Assembly (NCBI GenBank): GCA_964430905.1
Contig: CAYSHZ010000001.1
Location: forward strand, 1 to 39,154
Reading direction: 5' to 3'
Length of the DNA: 39,154 nt
Source: an uncultured Thermoanaerobaculia bacterium
Lineage (GTDB): Bacteria > Acidobacteriota > Thermoanaerobaculia > Thermoanaerobaculales > Sulfomarinibacteraceae
Part shown: piece after piece, positions 1-7,929 of the stretch
Position numbering within the stretch: position 1 is the stretch's first letter
How the letters are laid out: the number at the start of each line of letters is the position of its first letter
Notes under the pieces: generated by a model
The model's input: the letters and a program-made list of their open reading frames with translations, nothing else
Database searches by the model: none
Told to the model about the DNA's origin: nothing
Position numbers and translations under genes: made by a program

Positions 1-10
1 AGCTATCAGC
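1..10 (+). repeat. Edge-truncated copy of the GCT[A/G]TCA heptamer element (AGCTATCAGC)
   Basis: The window opens with AGCTATCAGC. This is one unit plus flanks of the heptamer that forms arrays at 34830-34885 (same orientation) and 11972-12002 (opposite orientation). It is cut by the window edge, so its extent is unknown. Confidence 0.3.
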
Positions 11-39
11 CTGGATGCTCAAAGAATCCAGGGAAACTC

Positions 40-66
40 GGGAGGGGTTTATCCCCTCCCGTTTTT
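40..66 (+). terminator. Rho-independent terminator hairpin, probably bidirectional
   Basis: GGGAGGGG (40-47), loop TTTAT, CCCCTCCC (53-60): a perfect 8-bp stem followed by GTTTTT (61-66). It sits between an off-window plus-strand gene and the 3' end of the minus-strand gene ending at 126. Confidence 0.7.
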
Positions 67-125
67 CGGCTGCTCGAGTACGCCTGCCTGTAGGAAGTAT
101 TCTTGCAAGAGGCTCAGCTGTCGGC

Positions 126-1622
126 TCAATTCCCGGTTTCGCCTCTCACTGCCCAGCACCTGAGATAGCGACCCCGCGTCATGGCGCGCGCCTGGGGACT
201 GCTCCATGCCGCCTTCCAGGACGCCTCGTCCGGCGTGGGCCTCCGATTGGAATGAACCGAGACCAGGGATCGAGGCTCTTCTTGATGATCCCGAGTCCAA
301 TCGTCCAGATCTCCGATCGGGTGAATCTCAAAACCCCTTCGTTCCAGGATCCAGTACACATGGGGCCAGAGTTTCTCTTCGTAGAACACCACGACATCCC
401 TCGGTTCAACCGAGGCGGCAATCTGCTCAAGAACGTCGACGACCGGTGCCGGTTCCGATCGTCTCAAGGCCAGACCGGGAGCGATCCAGACGAGCGATGC
501 AACCAAGAAAACTACTATGCCAATGGCCATCGACCGTTCATACCAACGGGAGACTCCGACCCCTCCTGCCACAAGGAATGAAAAGAAAAACAGTGATGGA
601 AGAATATATCGAGGACCGTCCCTCAGGTCCAGGCTCAAGGTGGCCACCACCAATGAGACGAGGCCGATACCGAGGCAATAGAGCACCAATCGTCGCTTCC
701 CGGCACGCCACAGAATCCAGGCGCCACCAAGGACCAAAATCCAGAAGAGACCCGCCAACCATGGAGTGCCGAAAGGTCTGACCAGCCAGCCCTTCACAAT
801 CCATGACATCGGTGCATACGGTAGTGCGAGGCCGTTCATCTGTTCCTGGCGAACCCACTTCAGCTGCCAGAGAAAGGCCTCCCACCAGCGCGTCGGCCCG
901 GTGAGGAGAATCGCTGGGACCCAGATCCCGATTGATGTAAGGATTGCGGCACCCGAGGCGCTCAGCACACGAAGAACGGTTTTTTCTCGCCACTCGATGA
1001 CCGCGACAATGGCCAGCGGCCCCATGAGATAGACCGACTGGGTACGGACGCCAACGGCTGCCGCTGCCAGAACCCCGGTCAGGAGTGCCCAACACAGGGG
1101 CCGGTTCTCGTGAAGGATGGACCACAACACGGCGCCACACATCAAGAGACCTGCCACATCCGAAAGCCCAACGCCCGCAAACCAGAGGAAACAGGGCAGA
1201 AGAGCCACGACGGCCACAGCCGTACAGGCCCGAAGCCGGTCCAAACCCAGCTTCCTTCCCAGGAAGAACGCCAGAACCAGTACGGCCATCGCTGCAATCA
1301 GGCCGGTCCACTGCACCGCATGGATCGCATCCGGGATGGCGAAGGCCACCATCCGGGTTGCCAAGACAAAGAGTGGATAGCCCGGCATATGTGGAGAATT
1401 GGCAGCCGCATCGAAGTTCTCTACAGCCCTGGCAAAGAGAAACTCATCCCATTCGAAGGCAGAACGGATACCGGCCGCGAACACAACAACGAACAGGACA
1501 GCCATACCAACGACCACAAACCCCGATCCAACGACCCCACGTCGTTTCAAAGACCCTGGATTGTCCGCAGATCTGTCACACCTGTCGATTGGTTGCCCCC
1601 ATCGGGCTTCATCATATTCCAT
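126..1622 (-). CDS. GT-C fold membrane glycosyltransferase (PMT_2/ArnT-like, GT39/GT83 type)
   Basis: Track ORF 126..1883 trimmed to the ATG at 1622 (Met88). The upstream part is R/S/C-rich and overlaps the divergent gene starting at 1693. The product has many hydrophobic segments. Its first-loop motif EWDEFLFARAVENF...SPHMPGYPLF is typical of ArnT/PMT_2 enzymes, and a soluble C-terminal tail follows. Alternative start: ATG at 1505. Confidence 0.75.
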   Translation of the reverse strand: MEYDEARWGQPIDRCDRSADNPGSLKRRGVVGSGFVVVGMAVLFVVVFAAGIRSAFEWDEFLFARAVENFDAAANSPHMPGYPLFVLATRMVAFAIPDAIHAVQWTGLIAAMAVLVLAFFLGRKLGLDRLRACTAVAVVALLPCFLWFAGVGLSDVAGLLMCGAVLWSILHENRPLCWALLTGVLAAAAVGVRTQSVYLMGPLAIVAVIEWREKTVLRVLSASGAAILTSIGIWVPAILLTGPTRWWEAFLWQLKWVRQEQMNGLALPYAPMSWIVKGWLVRPFGTPWLAGLFWILVLGGAWILWRAGKRRLVLYCLGIGLVSLVVATLSLDLRDGPRYILPSLFFFSFLVAGGVGVSRWYERSMAIGIVVFLVASLVWIAPGLALRRSEPAPVVDVLEQIAASVEPRDVVVFYEEKLWPHVYWILERRGFEIHPIGDLDDWTRDHQEEPRSLVSVHSNRRPTPDEASWKAAWSSPQARAMTRGRYLRCWAVRGETGN

Positions 1623-1692
1623 CCCTGCCTGTTCCCGTCCGGACTTTCCGGATCGGCACCTGCTACAGTCACAGGGCTGACCGGAGGCAACA

Positions 1693-4600
1693 ATGAAGTT
1701 CGTAGCGGTACTGATTTCCGTTGTTTTGATTCTCGGTGCGGTTCCGACAGGAGCCGACACGGGCCAAGACTTCCCGGACTGGAGTTTCCATCTGAAACTC
1801 TGGCCCTTCGACATCCTCCTTCCCTCGACGACCCATGCACAGATCACCGAGAGACTGGACATTGCCGTCACGGCCCAGGCCAACGCGACGATCGTCTACA
1901 TCGAAGAAGAGCACATGTATGGCACCTTCGTCGACGAGACTGGTTTTGCCGGAATTTTGCAGTCCCTGGCCTTTCTCACCAGCGAGGCCCACCAGCGAGG
2001 GTTGAAGGTCATTGTCTATGTCAACGGACTCGAGGTAATGACCCATGGCGCCGTTGATCCCGTGACCTGCGCCCCGCAGCCGATTGCCACGATGGCGAAG
2101 GAGCATCCCGACTGGATGCAGTTGGACCTCGAGGGTGAGCCGGTGGTCTATTCATGCCTCGACCTTGAATGGGTGACGGCCGACATGGAAGACGCCTGGG
2201 TCAGCCCGTTCTCCCCCTACCGCGACCTCTTCAAGAACCGCATCGCCGCATTCGGAACAGCCGGAATCGACGGCGTCTACATCGACGCTACCTTCCTGCC
2301 GGGCCTTCAGCTGGACGAGGAGAACCCCAGTTGGGCGACGACCGATCAAGCGGCTGCCGCAGCCTTCACAACGGCAACAGGTCTGGAACTTCCCACCGAA
2401 GAAGACTGGAGCGATCCCCGGTGGCGGGAGTGGCTGCGCTGGCGCCACGCAGCAATCGGCGACTACCTGGGCGATCTCGCCGACGCCGCATGGGTTGCCG
2501 CCATGGTGCCCTTTTGGGAATCGTCGACCAATGACACCGACACGGGGACCCTGCTGGGCAACGAGACCGCAATCACGGCCCGCAATGCCATGGGTTTCTC
2601 GCCAGAAATCGAGCCCGAAGGCGACGGCATGGCGGCCTTTCGAATGTTTCAGTCCGCTCGAGATTTTGCGCCCAACCATCCCCTGATCTATCTCGGCTGG
2701 CCCGAGACGAGGACAGAAGCCGACGAGCAGTTGGCGACCGCCCTGAGTTTTTCCTCGACGCTCTATCCCACCGCCGACGCGCCCTACCCCTCCAGCGTCT
2801 TCGCCTTCGCCGACTCCATCCGGAACGAGGTCCTCAAGAAGCGTTCGCCGCACTGGGGCCACGTCGCCCTGATCTACTCCACCCGCAACAAGGATTGGAC
2901 CTACCCTGAAGCTCAACATTTCGAGGCCTACGACGCGGCGTGGCGCGAGCTGACCAGTGCTCATATCCCGTTCAGGATCCTGGTCTTGGAAGACCTCACC
3001 TCGGAGGCCCTTGCTCCATTCGACACCGTCATTTTGCCGGCCCTGCCCTCCATCTCGGATGCCGAACACGCCCTCCTGAAGACCAAGAATATCTTGGCTC
3101 TCGACGAAGTCGGAACCCGTGATGAGATGTGGGCATCCCGGACGGAGCCCCTGAGTTGGCCGCACCTCGTTTCGGGGGATCTCGAGGATCTGGAAACTGG
3201 ATTACCCTTTGAACTCGAGGCGCCCCTAACCACCAGGATCTCCTTCTTTGACGACGGCGCCCACGGTTTCTTTCTCTTTGCTGTTCCAGACCCGGGCGCC
3301 GGCGGGTCTGTGTCCCTCTCGGCGGAAGAAGACCTCGATCTGACGCTCTTCCGGCCCGGCCACGAGCCGGAAAACCTCGGCGGAACCTCGATCAGCATCC
3401 CCGATCTCGACTCCCTGGGCGTAATTCACATCAAAGGGACTTCGACCGAGCCCACAATCATCAGCGACGACGTGATCCACCTGGAGATTGATGACCACCT
3501 GCTCTTTGGCGCGACTCTTTCGGTCAACGGACAGGATCTGACAACCATCCTTCCATCGGCCGCCAATTTCATCGTGGTCGATGGCGTTGAGGTCACTGGG
3601 TTCGATGTCAAAGGTGTCTCTCACCAGAATCTCAACAACGCCCTGGGGACGGGAACTCGCACAACCGTGGCCGCCCAGGCGGCGGGCCCCTCGGGCGCGA
3701 GCATCGAGATCACCCTGATGGTGGATATCTACGATCGCTATCCGGGTTCGATTCTCACCCAGGCAACCTACCGCAACCTGGGATCGGCTGATCTTTCCAT
3801 CGACGAGATCTGGTCAGCCACGCTCGATCTCGACCGTCGTTTGAGCCTTCCGGGCGCCGATCCCTTCGACTTCAAGATGCTCTCCCTGGGAACGATCTGG
3901 GGCAACGGCGAGAGGGACCGGATCTGGGATCTCGGGGCCGACTCCGCCTTCGATAATTTCAACGGTGGTGATGTTACCAACCCCGAGATCGAGGAGGGCC
4001 ACTGGGGTGGCGGCGGCACGCCCTTGACCACCGTCTGGGGCCGCGAGATGGCGGTGACCGTGGGCGTCCTCTCCGAGGAAATACAGGTTCTCGGCGTTCC
4101 TGTCACAACCCGTGAGAACGGTGAGGTCCGGCTGGGCGTCCGGCAGACCATCGATCTGCCCACCCTGGCCCCCGGCGAGAGCGTCACGACACCAACCTCA
4201 ATCATCGAGCTTCACACAGGCGATTTCTTCGACGGTATTGCTGCCTACGGTGGCATGATGAAGGATCTGGGCGCGCTCCCGACAACCTATTCCTCTCCAA
4301 CTGACTTTGAGGCCTATTGGTGCTCTTTTGGTCTCGACAGCTGGCGTGGTGAGAGCCCGGCCGACCACGACCTGGTCGAGGCCCTGCTCTACATTCCTCG
4401 GGATCTCGGCTTGGGGTGGATCAACATCGACTCCGGCTGGGAACACATGGGTACATGCACGGTCAACTCCGAGCAGTTCTCCGACGAAGATGAGTTCACC
4501 GACTGGATTGCCGACCTTCACTCCGAGGGTTTCAAGGTCTCGACATGGATCGATGTCGGTTTTGGAGATGACGAGGATGCCGATCTCCACCCCGACTGGT

Positions 4601-5550
4601 TCATCAAGAACAATGATGGCACCCTCTTCACCGACGCATGGGAACGCCACGCGATGGATCCGACGATCCCTGAGGTCCAGCAGTTCGTCACCGACTGCAT
4701 CACCAAGCTGGTGACGCCCCAGGATCTCGGCGGATGGGGTATCGACCGCTTCTTCGTTGACGGTGCATTTCTTGTCCCGCCCGATTTCTCGGGGCGCCAC
4801 CAATCGCCCCACGAGACCGAAAAAGCCGGCGACATCCTCTACCGCATCGTCCACGATACCGCTCGCACCATCGTGCCCGACTTTCCCATCGAGTGCTGCG
4901 GCTCGGGCGGGGTGACCAACGCATGGATCCAGCGATGGGCATCGACAACATCGATCTCCGACCCGGACCGTCTCGAACTGCGAACCCAGGAAATCAGAAC
5001 CAAGATCGACAAGGCCCTCTTCGGCGCCAACGCAGCGGTCAATGGCGACCACATCGAAGGCACAAGCGGCGATCAGCACTTCGACATGTCCTACCTCTTC
5101 CCTCTCAACCTCGGCCTGGGGAACGTCTTCCAGACCTATTTCTGGGAGGAACAGTGGCGCACCGACGATCCCCTCGGCCTCGGAGACGAGGATCTCTACC
5201 GGGAGTGGTTTCACAGGTATGACGAGCTCAGGCTCAGCGAGGGCCGCTATCTCAATCTCTATGATCTGGCCTATGACACTCCAGGCGCCCACGCCATCGC
5301 CAAGGACCATTCAATCTACTACCTCTTTGCTCCACCCTATGGCGAGACCTATTCCGGGCAGATCGAGTTGCGGGGCCTTGAGGAGGGCGAGGTCTACGAG
5401 GTCATCGACTACGAAAACAACCGATCCCTGGGTTGGTTCGAGGGGCCGGTGATCACTCTCGACGTTGACATCGGACTGAACGATCCCCTGCTGCTCAGGG
5501 CGAAAACCGCGGTGCGCGCCCGACGGGGCAGCGGCCGTTCAGGACCCTGA
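1693..5550 (+). CDS. Secreted 1285-aa multidomain glycoside-hydrolase-like protein (N-terminal GHL-type TIM-barrel-like region, C-terminal alpha-galactosidase-like clan GH-D region)
   Basis: GGAGG lies 6 nt upstream of the ATG. Signal peptide: MKFVAVLISVVLILGAVPTGADT. The N-terminal part (HQRGLKVIVYVNGLEV, EHPDWMQLD, GIDGVYIDATF) resembles hypothetical glycoside hydrolase (GHL/GH114-like) barrels. The C-terminal part (LGWINIDSGWEH, FKVSTWID, DPTIPEVQQF, GIDRFFVDGA) resembles melibiase/GH27-GH36 motifs. The frame has clean coding character over its whole length. Confidence 0.8.
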   Translation: MKFVAVLISVVLILGAVPTGADTGQDFPDWSFHLKLWPFDILLPSTTHAQITERLDIAVTAQANATIVYIEEEHMYGTFVDETGFAGILQSLAFLTSEAHQRGLKVIVYVNGLEVMTHGAVDPVTCAPQPIATMAKEHPDWMQLDLEGEPVVYSCLDLEWVTADMEDAWVSPFSPYRDLFKNRIAAFGTAGIDGVYIDATFLPGLQLDEENPSWATTDQAAAAAFTTATGLELPTEEDWSDPRWREWLRWRHAAIGDYLGDLADAAWVAAMVPFWESSTNDTDTGTLLGNETAITARNAMGFSPEIEPEGDGMAAFRMFQSARDFAPNHPLIYLGWPETRTEADEQLATALSFSSTLYPTADAPYPSSVFAFADSIRNEVLKKRSPHWGHVALIYSTRNKDWTYPEAQHFEAYDAAWRELTSAHIPFRILVLEDLTSEALAPFDTVILPALPSISDAEHALLKTKNILALDEVGTRDEMWASRTEPLSWPHLVSGDLEDLETGLPFELEAPLTTRISFFDDGAHGFFLFAVPDPGAGGSVSLSAEEDLDLTLFRPGHEPENLGGTSISIPDLDSLGVIHIKGTSTEPTIISDDVIHLEIDDHLLFGATLSVNGQDLTTILPSAANFIVVDGVEVTGFDVKGVSHQNLNNALGTGTRTTVAAQAAGPSGASIEITLMVDIYDRYPGSILTQATYRNLGSADLSIDEIWSATLDLDRRLSLPGADPFDFKMLSLGTIWGNGERDRIWDLGADSAFDNFNGGDVTNPEIEEGHWGGGGTPLTTVWGREMAVTVGVLSEEIQVLGVPVTTRENGEVRLGVRQTIDLPTLAPGESVTTPTSIIELHTGDFFDGIAAYGGMMKDLGALPTTYSSPTDFEAYWCSFGLDSWRGESPADHDLVEALLYIPRDLGLGWINIDSGWEHMGTCTVNSEQFSDEDEFTDWIADLHSEGFKVSTWIDVGFGDDEDADLHPDWFIKNNDGTLFTDAWERHAMDPTIPEVQQFVTDCITKLVTPQDLGGWGIDRFFVDGAFLVPPDFSGRHQSPHETEKAGDILYRIVHDTARTIVPDFPIECCGSGGVTNAWIQRWASTTSISDPDRLELRTQEIRTKIDKALFGANAAVNGDHIEGTSGDQHFDMSYLFPLNLGLGNVFQTYFWEEQWRTDDPLGLGDEDLYREWFHRYDELRLSEGRYLNLYDLAYDTPGAHAIAKDHSIYYLFAPPYGETYSGQIELRGLEEGEVYEVIDYENNRSLGWFEGPVITLDVDIGLNDPLLLRAKTAVRARRGSGRSGP

Positions 5551-5585
5551 ATCTTCGGCCTTTCGAAAAGATCAATAGCTGCCGT

Positions 5586-6362
5586 TCAATTCAGCCATTG
5601 GCCATCGCCATCAATGACGTCAAAGCGCCGCTTCCGTTTCATTCGGGCCAATTTGATCTCCGTCACCCGTCTGCGAAACCGCAGCCGCAGGTCTTCCAGG
5701 GCCCTTCTAAGGCCTCCGGGCTGAAGGAGAGCCCAGGTCAAGGTAACGGCAACGCACAGGCCGAAGAACCCGGCGAAATCCTTGGTGCTCAAGAAACCCA
5801 TAAAGGCGAAGAGAACCTCGAGGGCCAGAAACCAGCGAGCCTTGATAGGCAGGACGAAAAACAGGAGGATGGTTGCCTGCCCGTAGAGGGTGGCAAATGC
5901 AGCGATCATGACCGTGATCAGCATGTACTGACCCTGCATCAGGACGAAGGCATAGGGGGATGGCATCCCCATCATGATCCCCACACCCCGAACCAGGGCC
6001 GCAGCAACACCGGCCGCGGTGACGACCTGGAGCACCAGTGTCCAGAAACGTTTCCGGCCCAGGCGGACGAAGATATCCCGGCTGAACCAGAAGAGAATCA
6101 ACAGGGAGAACAGAAACCACAAGGACGGCGGACCAAAACCGGTGAAGGCGTAGGTCACAACCTGCCACAGGGCGCCGCGGTAGAGCATCGGGCCCAATCG
6201 CAGAAGGGCCGGGATCAACGCCGTCAGGTCGAAGAACTGAAAGACGAAGGTCCCGAAAACAACACCCAGCAGAACGAGAATGTCCTGGGGTGGCGGACCT
6301 CCGCTGATGCCGAAGGAAGGCCCCCCCTTCCCCCGTCCCCAGGGATCGGGAGCGCCTCTCAC
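5586..6362 (-). CDS. Polytopic membrane protein, rhomboid-like fold but without catalytic residues (no His in the protein)
   Basis: Start moved from the track GTG at 6389 to the GTG at 6362. That start makes a GTGA overlap with the phoD-like stop and has GAGGAG 8 nt upstream. ALWQVVTYAFTGFG...LLILFWFSRDIFVRLGRKRFW follows the rhomboid TM2-loop pattern (WR..T..F.H). No GxSG motif and no histidine are present. The C-terminal tail is basic. Confidence 0.7.
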   Translation of the reverse strand: MRGAPDPWGRGKGGPSFGISGGPPPQDILVLLGVVFGTFVFQFFDLTALIPALLRLGPMLYRGALWQVVTYAFTGFGPPSLWFLFSLLILFWFSRDIFVRLGRKRFWTLVLQVVTAAGVAAALVRGVGIMMGMPSPYAFVLMQGQYMLITVMIAAFATLYGQATILLFFVLPIKARWFLALEVLFAFMGFLSTKDFAGFFGLCVAVTLTWALLQPGGLRRALEDLRLRFRRRVTEIKLARMKRKRRFDVIDGDGQWLN

Positions 6363-7786
6363 CGTGGCGACTCCTCGTTCACGGGCCACTGCAACTCGGA
6401 CGAACGAATGCCCCGGTCGAGCAACACCTCACCCCGGGCATCACGAACCTGAAGCTTCAAGAGCGGGTCATCCAACGTCGTATCGACATCGACCCAGGCA
6501 AAGAGTTCGAGGATCGTCCTGTCGGGATCGCCGGCACAGAACTGGCGAAAGGGGACCTCGCCTCCGCAGGCCCGAGCCCTCTGGAACAACGGGCTTGCAA
6601 CCAACTCGTAGAGCCCGTAACCGCCACGATCCTCAAGCCAGGGAAGACGGAAGAGTTCGCTGCGATGGACATCCCCGGTCACAAGAACCACGCCGGACAC
6701 CCGATCCCGGGCAAGGGCGTCCATCAAGCGGTTTCTCTCAACCGGATAACTCACCCAGGAATCCGTCTTCCGCGAGTTGTCGTTGAAGGGCGAGCCGTTG
6801 ACGATGATCTTGAAGACCGCCTCGGAGGTCGTCAGACGGTCAACCAGCCAGTCAAACTGCTCTGCACCGAGAATTGAGGCCGTTTCGGGATGGGCCAGGG
6901 CTTCGGCCGTCGGTGTCCGCCACGTCTGGTCGTCGAGCAGAATGATATCGACATCACCCCACCTTTGAGCCCAAAACACTCCCTCACCATTGATACCAAA
7001 CGAGGGATTGGGCGTGAAGGCCTTGAACCACTGTCGCGCCTCTGCCACGACGGGATTGTCCCGGTCCCCGTTGTTCATTCCGGTCTCATGATCATCCCAG
7101 GTTGCAACCCAGAAGCTCTTCCGAGTCATGGTGTCGAAGTCCACCGTCTCGCGGAAGCTCTCATAGGCAATGGGAAGAGCCTCCATAGCCCTCCGGCGGT
7201 ACTCCTCGGCCAGCTCTTGCAGAAGCTCCGGCGATCCGCCATCCGGCTTCTTGGCCGCAGACCAGGTGTCATCATTCAGCCAGAGCAGGCCGTCCGCATA
7301 GGGCGTATCACCCAGGGACACGAAGAGATCCGGCCCGGCGGCGGCAATTGCCGACCAGACCTTGGTTCTGAAAAGTGCCCAGTGGTTGGCACCGCTGCCG
7401 GCGGCGAAGGCCAGTCGCGTTGGCTCACCCTGGGCAGGGGGCGTCCGAAAGACCGCATCGTCAGGCGCCCACATCGTTCCCGCTCGGCTCTCGACCCGGT
7501 AGTGGTATTTCCGATCCGGCCGGAGTCCATCCAGCGTTACGATACCCATCAGGCGCATTTTCGATTCCAGCGCAAGCCACGGCGAGAAAATCTCGGCGCC
7601 ATCGTCACCGACCGCTGCAATCCTGACATCCCTCGGAACGGAGACCTGGAGCCACACGGCAACCGAATTCGGCGAAGGACTCCCTAGGACGGGCCCTCTG
7701 ACGATCTCGGCTCTCTCACGCTCTGATGCTGAGCCCCAACCACAACCCACAACAACCGCAACGAGAATCCAGATGAGTCTTTTCAT
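6359..7786 (-). CDS. phoD: PhoD-family alkaline phosphatase/phosphodiesterase, probable lipoprotein
   Basis: Signal peptide with lipobox MKRLIWILVAVVVGC. PhoD N-terminal domain (GPVLGSPSPNSVAVWL, YHYRV). Metallophosphatase motifs GDTPYAD, WDDHE and GDVHRSE. Confidence 0.85.
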   Translation of the reverse strand: MKRLIWILVAVVVGCGWGSASERERAEIVRGPVLGSPSPNSVAVWLQVSVPRDVRIAAVGDDGAEIFSPWLALESKMRLMGIVTLDGLRPDRKYHYRVESRAGTMWAPDDAVFRTPPAQGEPTRLAFAAGSGANHWALFRTKVWSAIAAAGPDLFVSLGDTPYADGLLWLNDDTWSAAKKPDGGSPELLQELAEEYRRRAMEALPIAYESFRETVDFDTMTRKSFWVATWDDHETGMNNGDRDNPVVAEARQWFKAFTPNPSFGINGEGVFWAQRWGDVDIILLDDQTWRTPTAEALAHPETASILGAEQFDWLVDRLTTSEAVFKIIVNGSPFNDNSRKTDSWVSYPVERNRLMDALARDRVSGVVLVTGDVHRSELFRLPWLEDRGGYGLYELVASPLFQRARACGGEVPFRQFCAGDPDRTILELFAWVDVDTTLDDPLLKLQVRDARGEVLLDRGIRSSELQWPVNEESPR

Positions 7787-7929
7787 CCTGACAGAATACA
7801 GTATTCACCCTCGCCTTCCCTCGATTACCTCCGACTCCAACGGCCAAGCCGGGAATCTCTCCAGGCGGCGATGTGTTACGGTTGAGGAGACTTGAGTGTT
7901 TCTCGCTCAGGTATCACAAGGAGACTTGC

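Noticed and set aside
1110-2057. 315-aa plus-strand ORF
   Set aside because: It is antisense to the first GT-C gene and runs in a different frame across the start of the 1693 gene. It has no coding-like motifs.
4198-5310. 370-aa minus-strand ORF, together with 2152..3165 (337 aa)
   Set aside because: Both are antisense to the 1285-aa secreted protein, whose frame carries the signal peptide and the GH motifs. These are typical GC-rich shadow ORFs.
5551-5585. Weak imperfect hairpin (ATCTT...AAGAT with an inner CG/CG) between convergent genes
   Set aside because: It has only 5+2 bp with a bulge and no T-run. That is insufficient to call a terminator.
5598-6452. 284-aa plus-strand ORF
   Set aside because: It is a shadow of the minus-strand membrane protein and the phoD 3' end. 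It is a charged low-complexity sequence (Q/E/G/P/R) with no motif.
7787-7806. Pho-box-like CTGTATTCTGTCAG (minus strand) and palindrome GAATACAGTATTC next to the phoD-like start
   Set aside because: The CTGT half-sites are 7 nt apart instead of the 11-nt Pho-box periodicity. The sequence abuts the start codon rather than a -35 position.
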